Positions 1 to 11,519 of a stretch of 64,000 nucleotides of DNA are shown one piece after another. How positions within the stretch are numbered: position 1 is the first letter of the stretch; the number at the start of each line of letters is the position of its first letter. The notes beneath the pieces are model-generated. The model worked only from the letters and a program-made list of their open reading frames with translations. It had not been told where the DNA came from and searched no databases. The position numbers were made by a program, and so were the translations under genes. The DNA lies in NCBI GenBank assembly GCA_000165425.1, contig CT868005.1:124001-188000 (forward strand), written 5' to 3'. Source of the stretch: Paramecium tetraurelia (Eukaryota).

Positions 1-970
1 AAACCTAGTTTGCTATTATAGTATTTTCAATTCTAGGCTGGAATCTATCAAAAACAGATTACCGACCCCTATTTATAGAAATTAATCATGAATGTTGCTT
101 AGGTGCAAATTTAGCAGATCAAAGAGGATATACTCTTACTCACTTGGGGCTAGAAACAACTATAGATAGGAACATTGTTCTTCAAGAGTATGTACAAGAA
201 GATCGAGAATCGCAAAAAACCCTTTCTGCAACCCTTATAAAAATATCAATTCTATAAGACTTCTAGAAAGAGAACAACAACATCACCAAACACCGATTAT
301 CCTCATTATTATTAGTTATTAGATGAGGCATAAGGGAAATAGTTTCTAGTGGCTTATCAGGAATCACCTCACAGTGAGATATTGATATTTGAAAAAGATG
401 TAAAAATTGTAATTATAATATTGCAGTAATTATAATATATCAAATATTCAGAAGAATATGTTGGAGTCATAGAAAGAAATTTCTGGGGAACTGTGTTTCA
501 CATTTATGATTATGGTTACCCAAAGGAAGCAGCTGGAAGGATCCCTAAGTATTTTGGATAAGAGAGAAGAGAATTGGTTGTCATCCAATATCAAACTAAT
601 ATCATGGCAACATAGCCAAGGTAATTGTAAGATTTTAATTAGAAAATTCACGGCAAGTATGTTGAATCTAATTGAAAATTAAATTGTATAATTAGCTTAG
701 ATGGACCCTGTGTATAATGAGGAAAAGGAGTGTTATTAATTGAATTTCTTTGGAAGAGCAAAACGAGCTTCAGCCAGAAACTTTGAGATTATTGATCCCC
801 AAGATTAGAATATTATTTATTTGTTGCATGGGAAGGTAAAATGTGATCATTATAAAAATATAAAGTGGGAGAAGAACCTTTTTAATGTAGATTACAGATT
901 TCCAATGAGTATGCTCTAAGCCTTTTGCTTTTCTTTGAGCTCTATCAGTAAGAAATTCTTGGTTTAATGA
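1..970 (+). CDS. Tubby C-terminal domain protein (5' end outside window)
   Basis: Code-6 translation DPVYNEEKECYQLNFFGRAKRASARNFEII...LLHGK/WEKNLFNVDYRFPMSMLQAFCFSLSSISKKFLVQ* matches the Tubby C-terminus; short GT..AG introns; TGA at 968-970. Confidence 0.88.
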
Positions 971-1051
971 AATTGTTATGTATATTTCAAATTAGAAAGA
1001 AAGTATTATTATTTAAAGATTATAACGATTGCATTTATTAATTAAATAAGT

Positions 1052-2939
1052 TCAGCTCAAAATTGATGCTTCCTTCACTTCCAACTATTTATTTACATTT
1101 TTTTAAACTTTCAAAATTTGACTTATAGTCTAATTGTTTATTTTAGTAATTTACTTTTCTGCACAAGTAACATTCATTTGATTTTTATATTACATCCTCA
1201 GCACACTGCTAACAGATGCCTCCATGGCGACATGGTACAAAAACGATATTGGGTGTATTTTCATAGCAAACAAGACACTTTTCTTAATTCACACTTGATT
1301 CCCCATCAGATTTAATAGATTTAATAGATCGAACTGGTTCCTCTTCTTATTCCTATTTTGATACAGTAACTGGGGTTTCTTCTCGTTTTACTTTGACTAA
1401 GTTATAATAAGATATTTAATTACCATTATCAGTAATAGCAGGTTTTTATATTTCTAAATCAACGTCATCTTATTTTTTATGTATAATCATAGAATTGCTA
1501 GCAACTGGTTTTTATAGTATTTTCTTCCAGGTTTCCTTCATCGTGGAACCGTGAAGATTGGATCGACCAGATTCTAACTCTGGATGAGACTTTTGTCTTT
1601 TTTTTTTGAATTCAAAAGAAGCTTTGTCAAGAACGGCAAAGTAAGTACAAGATAATTTGATCAAATATAAAGGGATTCCCAATTTAACGAATTCTAATTT
1701 CTTTGGTTAATGTGGGGAATTAAGTTATCTAGAATTCGGAGATTATACTGTTTGTTATTGATCAACATCATTTTAATCTGAGATTCCTTAAACATCTTTT
1801 AAGTAAGCTCTAATCATTAATAACAAAGAACCTTACTTAATTTATTTGTAGAAACAAAGAGTGAAGATGAGAAGAAATAACGAAAACAAAGTGATTACCA
1901 CTATGTATTTAGCAGTTTCAGTAATGGTAATTAATTGATTTTCCTCGTAAAATTCAGCTGTTCTCAAAATGAACAAAAAAGGAAATAAAGTAAATCCTAT
2001 TAGCATAATAAATATCCATAAATTGCCTGCCACTAAAGATTACAGATTATATTTACAGTAATGGCATTGTTATTTCTTTTTAATGATGTTAACCAAGGTT
2101 TCAATACAACTAACCAATGAAATGAATAATAATAGTGCGCAAACTACAAGGAACACCCACAACAATAGAAAGATCTGGATCCACGACCAAGAGATCTTTG
2201 ATTCCCATTTAAGTGTAATCAGCAGGAGTTAGAGACAGCACATTGTCTTTAGGAATTGTAAAATCTCACAATATATGCAATTATATTACTAAAGCAGTGC
2301 TAGTCTTAGTCGGAGTCTTTATCTTTTAGACTAGTTTCATGATTAAAAGCAATGATGAAACCGCTAACATCATAATTGCGATAAAGTAGATCTTGAATGC
2401 TTGAACTTCATAGTAAAAGACAATGAAGATCTATTAAAACAATGAAGCATACTTTAAAAAAGAATAGAAACATTGTTTCTATGAGTTACCAAATGCAATC
2501 ATCTCCTTTTCTGTAGTTGTAGTATATCAGAATAAAAATAGTTATTAAGTCCTATATCCACAATTACAGGAGCACGTAGCGATGACTATATTTCCAGTGC
2601 ATATAAGTAAAATAATTAACAAAAAATGCCTATAGGAATAGGTTGAACATGAGAGACTTGATCATTTAAGCGTGACAAGAGATTACCTAATTTGTATTTT
2701 GAATACCTTCTCATCAGTTAGTGTAAGAATGCTGTTTGAATAATCTGGTTCTCTGTTTTGCGCTTATCTCGATTGTCTATATTCATTTTAAAAACTGCAT
2801 ACAATTCCCTAAAGAGGGGTAGATTTTAACTAAATGTTGGAGATAAAAAATTTCGTCTTTGTGTTGAAACTTATTGATCGTCTTCAATCTGAATTTAGGA
2901 AGGTCTCATTCTAACCGACCCCAATTATGATTCTGGCAT
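1052..2939 (-). CDS. Multi-pass membrane protein (TMEM185/Fragile-X-F-like) with C-terminal C3HC4 RING
   Basis: Several hydrophobic segments (e.g. WSWIQIFLLLWVFLVVCALLLF); C-terminal CLVCYENTPNIVFVPCRHGGICQQCAEDVIQKSNECYLCR; 25-nt intron before the last exon. Confidence 0.8.
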
Positions 2940-3009
2940 TTAGCTACCATTCAAAATATTTATTACATCATAGTTATTGAGATAATATAGTTTATTAATC
3001 AATAAAAAT

Positions 3010-3600
3010 TCAAAATACCAATTTATTTCTCATTCACTTGATCATATCTAAATTTCCAAGATTAAATCATATGATATTCAATTAATCCCCCCAAAATTCT
3101 ACGGACAAGATTATTATTATTAATCTAATTCATAAATACCAAAACAATCATAATAACACCTTTAAACTGGTTTCAATCGCAGATCTACCACCATAAATTT
3201 CAGTTCTTAATGATTGTTCCCCAATAACAGTTTTCAAATGCCATTAGAATATTTACTTAGGCTCTTCTTATATATTAGAATTTCAATTTGCCAAATTTAA
3301 TTGCCAATATTTGTCCAGCCATTTTTGTTTGTCCAAAACAAATTCTTAAAACTTATGAAGCTTATGATAGAAATATTCGTATTTTTCGTAGATATAGTAG
3401 TAAAGTAAATATTATTTGAATTTCCAATAATCTATTAATTTTGGATTAGATCTCACTAAAATATATTATCATTACTGACTAAATTCTAGATTAATGAATG
3501 ATGAATGTAATTTAATAAAGCAAATCTAATGTTTCATGATATATCGATAAATTAATATGTAGCAACATTCAATTTGCACATTCAACTTATTTTCATTTAC
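3010..3600 (-). CDS. Possible small hypothetical gene (boundaries uncertain)
   Basis: Coding-like stretch WHLKTVIGEQSLRTEIYGGRSAIETSLK under code 6; complete gene structure not resolved. Confidence 0.3.
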
Positions 3601-3782
3601 ATCTAAAATCAAAAATGAATACCAGTAATAATATATAATGATGATGAATTATTTCAACATTGATATCTATAAATTTATGGGATATATATATTAATAGTAT
3701 ATAAAACAAAAAAGGGATTTTTAAATGTGTATTTTTAGAATAGTTTGAATTTGTTATCTCCAAATTGATAATAATATAATTA

Positions 3783-5286
3783 ATGATTAAATAGCAGATC
3801 AAGGACTATAAAATACCATTAAGTAAGAGTGATGATCTATTGTTTGTACATGGAGTAGATCAAGAAAAGCAATAAAATTTACATGAATCTCAATTACGAA
3901 AAAGTAGTTTACATGACTTTGTATTGTAGATGCCAAAGGAATAATAAAATAGAAGGAACTCCCATCATTCAATAACTTTCAATAATGAGAATTAGAAAGT
4001 GAAGTTGCTGTATGTATTTATTTTTTAAAATTTCAGTCATACAAAGAAAAAAATACTAACTTAGATTGCTTAGTATGGATATAATGCTTATATGGCAGAG
4101 TATATAATATAGAAATAGAAAATATCTTTGGATTAAGATTATTAGGTTGTTTTGGATTTGGTGATTGAAAAAATACATTAGTTTGAAGAATAATATAAAT
4201 CCTGCTCTGGATTACAATTACAGAAAACTTCTTACAAATAGGTTGTTCCAATTTCAAATGATGATTAACAATAAATAGACTAATTTATAGTTGAAGAGAC
4301 TAGATAAGAGTAAGAGAGAGATGATTAAGCTAATAATGATTGTTGTGGGATTTGCTTGGGCGAGTACAAGAATAAATAGAAAGCCTTGAATTGCAGACAT
4401 GAGTTCTGTTGTGAGTGTTTACAAAGCTACTTGGAGAATAAAATAAACAATGGTTAAGTATTGGAAATTGAATGTCCTCAACAAGGATGCGACAATTATT
4501 TTAATGATGATGCCATAAAGAGTTTAATAAACGACGAATATTATCAGAAGTTTGAAAAGTTTAAGAGACAAAAATTGTTAGACAGAGATGACACTATTAG
4601 ATGGTGTATCAGAACAGGATGTGACAAATACATCAAGGGAAAGAGTATGTTTAGCAATACTATAAAATGTGAGTGCGGATAGGAGATGTGTTATGAGTGC
4701 AGAAGGGAAGATCATCCAGGGATGACATGTGAAGTAAGGATTTGAGATTAGCAATAGGAAGCATTAGACAAATATTACGAATTAACATTGAAATAATTGG
4801 TGATCCAACGTTGTCCAAAATGCAAGGCCCCGATTCAGAAGAAGGAAGGGTGCAATCATATGACATGTTATCAATGCAGATTTTAATTCTGCTGGTTATG
4901 CAGAGCAAGGTACACCAGAATGCATTTTGATTCAGACAATTGCTTTGGATGTCCAGGTAATAGAGTTAACTTTATAGAGAGATAAGCAATTTTCTAATGA
5001 CGAGCCACATTCTCGACCAAGATGGAAGAAGTATGGGGGGATCATTTTCGAATTGTTTGCCACCGTACTTATTCTACCCATAATTCCATTCATCTTGATT
5101 TATTATAGCGTAATGGCTCCGCTGAAATTGGTCAAGCATTTTAATCGACAATGCTATAGACAATTGGATGATGGAGATAAAATGTGCTTGCTCCTACTCG
5201 GAATATTCTTTTTTCCTGTGATCATGGTGCTCTTGATTTGTCCAGGGCTACTTCTGCTGTTGGCGTACAAGATAAAATATGATTGA
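3783..5286 (+). CDS. RBR (RING-IBR-RING) E3 ubiquitin ligase with C-terminal transmembrane segments
   Basis: RING1 CGIC..CRHEFCCEC..CPQQGC; IBR WCIRTGC..CECGQEMCYEC..H..C; RING2 CPKCKAPIQKKEGCNHMTCYQC; two hydrophobic C-terminal helices. Confidence 0.92.
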
Positions 5287-5356
5287 TTATAATTAAATCG
5301 TACTCACATTACACATTGCTTCGATTGGCAGTGATCTTATAATTATCAAAAGGAAA

Positions 5357-6514
5357 ATGTTAAAATTAACAGAAATTATGGATTCGACTTGCAATTTTTG
5401 TGAGTACCAATATGTACATAAAACACTAAATTAGGACTTTGCAGTCATCATCAAAAAAGCACTCTATGAAAAGTATTCGTCTTCGCAGAATTACACTTAC
5501 ATTCGAATCATCAATGATCTAATCTTCGCCCGTCGAAGTCGAATCACCAATACATTCAAAGACTACCTCTTTTGGGATTACAACGATGAGTATATGGAGA
5601 ACTACTTCCATTCTCCCAACGATGTACTCTTCGATACTATCAATTCCAATGTATTGGTTGTAACTTAAAATAGACGATTAGTCCCAAAAATTTGTGCCCC
5701 GCATATTTCATACTCCCATTGCCAAAACCATGGATACTTACTACAATCCCAAAATTCGATAATCTCGAAAATACTCCAACATCAATTCCATTAGCGTTTC
5801 AAAAATACTACAGAGCAGTCTACTCTAAAAGTACCCTCTTCATTAATATTTCAAGATAACAACAATACAGTTCACAAGGGTCCATCTTTTTTATCAAAAA
5901 CCAACTAAATGATATTGTCACCAATAGTTCATTGTCTTTTCAAACTGTCAATAAGTACTCATTATAATTATCCTAGTAAGTAGGAGGTCGGAGTCTAACT
6001 CAGATTGATCTATTAGAAATTCTGTGACAGAAGACAGGAAACCAAAAAGTAGAAACAAAGAAAGAAAAGTTAAGCACATTCCATTGACAAGGAAACTCAA
6101 ACTCAAGGCTTCCAATTCATACCTATCATTTATCACAAAGATAAGCAATTTCTATAAAAGATCATCAAGTAACAAAAGGAAAAAGAGTCAACACAAATTT
6201 AGTTTCAAAAATTGAACAAATAAAATAAATCATCCAGATATAGAAGTAGTGTGGAAATCAGTAACAACAGATATGGTTCTGCATCTAAGATATCACAATA
6301 ATCAACTGCTAGAGTCTATGAATCCAATGCTTCAAGTAGATATAATTCGACTGCTACTTAATAAAAGATTATTCGATCCTAGCGTACAAAATCTTAAACA
6401 CAAGATTCAAATAACATAACTAAGGCATTAGAAAGTTAATTCAATAATTAAGTTGATATTAAGTAAACATTAAAGAGGTTTGATAGTGGAATTAAATAAC
6501 AAAAAGTTAAATGA
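5357..6514 (+). CDS. Hypothetical protein (Ser/Gln/Lys-rich)
   Basis: Long code-6 frame with YEKYSSSQNYTYIRIINDLIFARRSRITNTFKDYLFWDYNDEYM; TGA at 6512-6514; start approximate. Confidence 0.65.
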
Positions 6515-6789
6515 ACTTCCTTTTATATATTTTAATATATTGTTAACTATATTTTTATTTAATGTATTCATTTAAGTTTAGCATCCAAAACAAGGTTTAT
6601 GTATAAGAAACTATACTTCTATATTTTAATTTATTCATGAAGCATGATTCTGTTTTTATTTAAATTATTGATATGACAATCGATTTATATCAAAATCATG
6701 TTAAGTAAATATTTGAATGCATTATTGCCATTCTTCTATGTATAAACATACAAACATATATTACTATTAATGAAATTAAAATTATTTTG

Positions 6790-7713
6790 ATGCAATACCA
6801 TAATTGCAATATTAAAAATACAAAATGTAATAACCATCTTAACTATAATAATCCTCATGGTCAAATAATGACGAAGTAACTGTACTATAATTTAGAATGA
6901 CTTAGAACAAAATGCAGATGGCAGCTAAAGCAAACATTAAGAAGGATCAAGAAAAAAGAAGAAGCATGATGAGCATAAGCAATTTGAAGAAAGATTGAAA
7001 AATATTCCTGTTGGGTAAAAGCCTGATCCAAAAGCATATCCAGAAGAATGGATTAACAAGTGGAGATAACTGCTGCTAAAATAACAAAATAAGAAATGAC
7101 ATATAATAAATTATATAAATATGGGTTGTTGCTAAACTAATCCTTATGATTATTTTTACATTTCTTAAACATGAACTCAGAAAATAAAAGTGGAACTCAG
7201 TTAATACCTATTCACATGGCTTAATACGAATCAAATTATCATATAGAAAAGAAAACTAAGACTCTAAATTGATATTTTCACGCTAAACCAGAGCAAGTTT
7301 AAAAATGGATCATGATACAAAACAATACGAAAGTGAAAAATAAGAAAACTAATAAAGTTATTCTTAAAATTAAATTGGCGTAGATTATTCAATCAAAGAA
7401 TAATAATTGGATATATTAGCTATGAATAAGTGTACTTAGTCATTTATCACTATAATATTGAATATTAATTACTTTTAGTAATATGAATCAAAAAGCAATG
7501 TGTAAAGAGTTAAAGCCATCTTACTTTCTAAAATATAGGTAGATAAAATTATTAAAGGATTTGAATAACCCTCATAGACTTAGATAGTTCTCTGAAAAGA
7601 TACCAGATATACACGTTAAATAAGCAGCAAGTTATAATAGTATGAAACAAGATTTAGAATAATATGAAAATAGAAATAGTGTTTCCTCACTAACAGATTC
7701 AATTTATACTTGA
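6790..7713 (+). CDS. Hypothetical protein
   Basis: Coding frame (FEERLKNIPVGQKPDPKAYPEEWINKW) with short introns; TGA at 7711-7713. Confidence 0.55.
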
Positions 7714-7883
7714 AAGTTTTAAAAAACAAATAGCATAATTAGATATATTCTTTTATCAAATATTAAAGAATTTTGAAAAATGAATTGATACTTATTCTAA
7801 AATTCGATTGGATTAGAGAAAGTTGGGATATAGCCATTAGATAATATTGTTTAAAAGTGATTGAAATATTATTTATCACCAAA

Positions 7884-8103
7884 TCAAAATTAATGAGGCT
7901 CTCCTTATGTTGGTAACAATCCAAATCTTTTCTTGAGTTCCACTCTGTATTTCTAATTAACATCATCAGGACTAAATCTTGCTGATTAATAGATCATTGT
8001 TAATACCAGGATGTGCATTAAATGTGTATGAACCATCATCAAGTGTATTCTTCAAGGTGTAGACTCGCTTGCCTTCCTCATTCAAATAATACCTCAAATG
8101 CAT
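7884..8103 (-). CDS. NOP10: H/ACA ribonucleoprotein subunit Nop10
   Basis: MHLRYYLNEEGKRVYTLK...AHP/[26 protein letters not shown]; one 25-nt intron. Confidence 0.95.
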
Positions 8104-8189
8104 TTTTTATTAATTGTTTATTATAAAATAGGGTTTGTTATGTATATAAGTATAAAGTATGATAACTAAAAGATATTAATTAATTATTA

Positions 8190-9604
8190 ATGGAAAAGAC
8201 TAAGGAACAGATCTAAGAATACTTCAATATTTTTGATAAAGATGGAAGCGGCTCAATTGACAAGGAGGAAATTAAGGAATTGGCCTTAAATGTAGGCCTT
8301 TAATGGAACGACTAGAAGTTGAATAAGGTTAGAATTCTTAATATTTTAGATCATATAAGCACTTGACACAAATGGAGACGGCAAGATTTCATTTGATGAG
8401 TTTTATGAATACTTCTTATATGGAGAACAGAAGCAAATGGATAAATTGATATAGAAGAAATTTAAACATATTAAAAATGTTAAGAATCTCCATAAAAAGT
8501 TGAATCAAGAATATGGTATCATTTTTTTATATAATTTAATAGCACATATCTTTAACAAGAATAATGATGAAGGAAAATCCTAGTGTTCCATATCATTGAA
8601 TGTTGGTGAGAAATCTCAAGCCAAATCAGCGTTGGAATTTGCAGTGAGAGTTGGGGAAGACAATAAGAATTTTTCATAATCTCTTTTGAAGAACTTCCCA
8701 TATGCAGGTGACCATGTAAGTTTAATATCTAATTAAGATTGTTTCAATTGTTTTTGGATTTAAATGTTAAAATTCTGATGCAGTCCAAGAGAAATTTGAA
8801 GCATTTTTTGAAGGCATAATTGATTTGGCTTTAAACATGATTCCAGAGGATATCTCATAGAAGATAGCAGTATTCAAAAATGATTTAAAAATTGAATACA
8901 AAGCTTTACCAGAGGAATTATTGGTTAGATTCTATATGAATAATGAATTAACAGAGAATGTTCTGGTTGCTTATAGATTGATCTCAGGAATGTTTATCCA
9001 AGAGAACAGCTCAATATTTGCCAATTTGAAGCTTTGTATGATTTAAGATTGATAATTAGAATTCGTTGCAGGATTAGCAGATATTGGTGCAACACCAAAT
9101 GAGAACATTATTAACTGGGTAGCCAAAGGATTCTCAGCAAGTTTCGATGCAACAGCTTCAAGTGATCTTGTAATTTATTTTGTTTTACTATGACAGATCG
9201 AATATGCTAGATAAGGACACTATGCTGCAATTGGAAAATACTTTGAGTCATACAAAGTCAAAGTCTTAGAATAATTAACACCATTGACATTGATGAACAA
9301 TGCAAGATTGCAATTCAATTTCTAGTCATATGAATAATTTGTCTAGGAAATGTAATTGCCAGAATTAAATGAAGTCAATTTGTCAGTTGCTGTCGATCAA
9401 GCTAAAGGAGCTAATGTCAATGAATTGATTGGTGGAATTCCATTTGTTGGTGAACTATTGGATATTTTGAGAGTAGAAGGAAATGGTAATTGAGCAATTC
9501 TAATTGTAGGATAAATTTAATTGGCTGTGATTTCACAAGAAGCCTCAGTGGCTATAACAGCATCAGGAGAAGGTGCCGCCTTGATTTGGGAGAAGCTAAT
9601 TTGA
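8190..9604 (+). CDS. EF-hand calcium-binding protein with uncharacterised C-terminal region
   Basis: EF loops DKDGSGSIDKEE and DTNGDGKISFDE; several short introns. Confidence 0.85.
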
Positions 9605-9697
9605 TTGAATTATATTGAAAAAATCAAACAGAGCATTTATACATATTATATAATTCCAAAGACGTGTACATAGATAATTTACTATAATTAATATATA

Positions 9698-9977
9698 TCA
9701 GACTCCTTCAGTCGGAGTTTCTGTTCCCCCTGATCTAAGTTTGCTAAATATATGTAAGAGCACGACAATTCCCAAATATACAAGACTGATTATTAATACG
9801 GTATTGGGTTGAACTTTAAGAGATGAGACATCACCTGAATAGAAATTTAATCCCGATTAACCTCCAGTTTCAGATGATTTTGATGCTAGATAATCTTTAG
9901 ACAATAATCTTACGACTCTTGCCACCTCCTTGTCTTCTTTTTAATGCCTCCTTTATTAAATCTTTTTTCTCAGACAT
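9698..9977 (-). CDS. SEC61B: Protein transport protein Sec61 subunit beta
   Basis: GLNFYSGDVSSLKVQPNTVLIISLVYLGIVVLLHIFSKL; one short intron. Confidence 0.93.
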
Positions 9978-10059
9978 TTTGTTATTTTATTATTATATTT
10001 AGTTTGCACGTTGTTTAATTAATAAATGTATTAGAAATCATCATTAAAAAAACAGAATA

Positions 10060-11100
10060 ATGATATACCAGTAAGTATAAATTAATTAAGTAGGATCATT
10101 ACCATTTAGATGAAAATTAAGAACAAGATTACAATTCAGTTTGCGGTTATAATTCATATGGAGTATTTTAAAATCTGATTGCTTAGATTCCTTAATACCA
10201 TTAGTTGCCAATCAATGTATATATGATTCTGCCCCAAAACTATTAAGAAAACTTTGACACTAATATCCCGTATATGCAATATCAACCTTAGCCCTAGACT
10301 CCAATCAGATTCGAACATCAGCCTTCAAAATAAATCAAAGCTAAGAAATTATATAAGAGTAATTTTAAATTGTTATACTAGAGAAACAAGCCACAATTAT
10401 TACACAATCACAATAATCAGTCTAATAACAATTTTAGAGAACAGATGAATCAGAACATGAAATCTGGCCATAAGCCAATTTCGAAATAGATTAAAATGAA
10501 AATGAAAAAAAATAATTATTCCAACAAACTTTGACTGGATTTGTTTTGAAGTTATTTGAAGCTCATTAAAATACAACACTAAGTGAAAGATATATTGTGG
10601 AACAAGTACGTTCAAATTTATGCAAATTGAAAAGATTAGATGGCAGCAAATATAAAGGGAATTTGTACAAAACAGTTAAAGGAAGTTTAACATCAAATGG
10701 AATTTTTAAAGTTGAGTAAAAGAAAGAAAATGAATCATATTGGATTGTTTGCTAATCTGCTGCAGATGAATTTCAAAAAAGAACAATCGAACGAATTTAG
10801 ACTACAGATAAAAAAAAGCCATCTAAAAAAATGAAATTGCAAGATGACTCTTAATAAAATAAGGAGATCCAAGATCACATTAAATACGAGTTTGCACATG
10901 CATATGGATTATTAAATGGATTTTTAGAAACATAACCAAGTCTAAAGACATTTATCGAATAAATAGATTAGAATGATCTGGAGAGGAATAGAAACCTAAG
11001 AAATTACAATTTGGATCTTGTATAAAATGGTATCAAGGAATGCTAAGACTTTTTTGATGAATTGATAAAGAAATAAAAAAATGAAATTATGTAAAATTGA
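10060..11100 (+). CDS. Hypothetical protein with putative winged-helix (forkhead-like) domain
   Basis: Code-6 frame with short introns; TLTGFVLKLFEAHQNTTLSERYIVEQVRSNL..KTVKGSLTSNGIFKVEQKKENESYWIV. Confidence 0.65.
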
Positions 11101-11519
11101 GAAGAAAGTCATTTCATTTTTTAATTAATATCATTCTAAACTCTAATCTTATCTCTTCATTCTTTTGTATTCTTTTCTATTTTTATGCACTAAAATAAAT
11201 GAAAAAATTATTCAATAACAGCGTAATTTAATAAATAAATATTTACAAATTTGAGTTTGATTTATCAATAGTTCATTTACAAAGGAGTTTTTAAAGAATT
11301 TTTGGATTAGTTCCTATTAGGGGATTACAATTCTATCCCAATTTAGCTTGTTTCTAAATTTAAACCAAAAATATTTAGATATAAGGATATTTATAAAGAA
11401 GGTTTTAGGATATGACAATAGTGTTTATATTATTAAAGGGTTTGGTTTGAATAAAAAAACATTAGTAATCTAAATAGATTATTTTATAAATAATGCATTT
11501 TGAGAAAATAAAGTAATAA

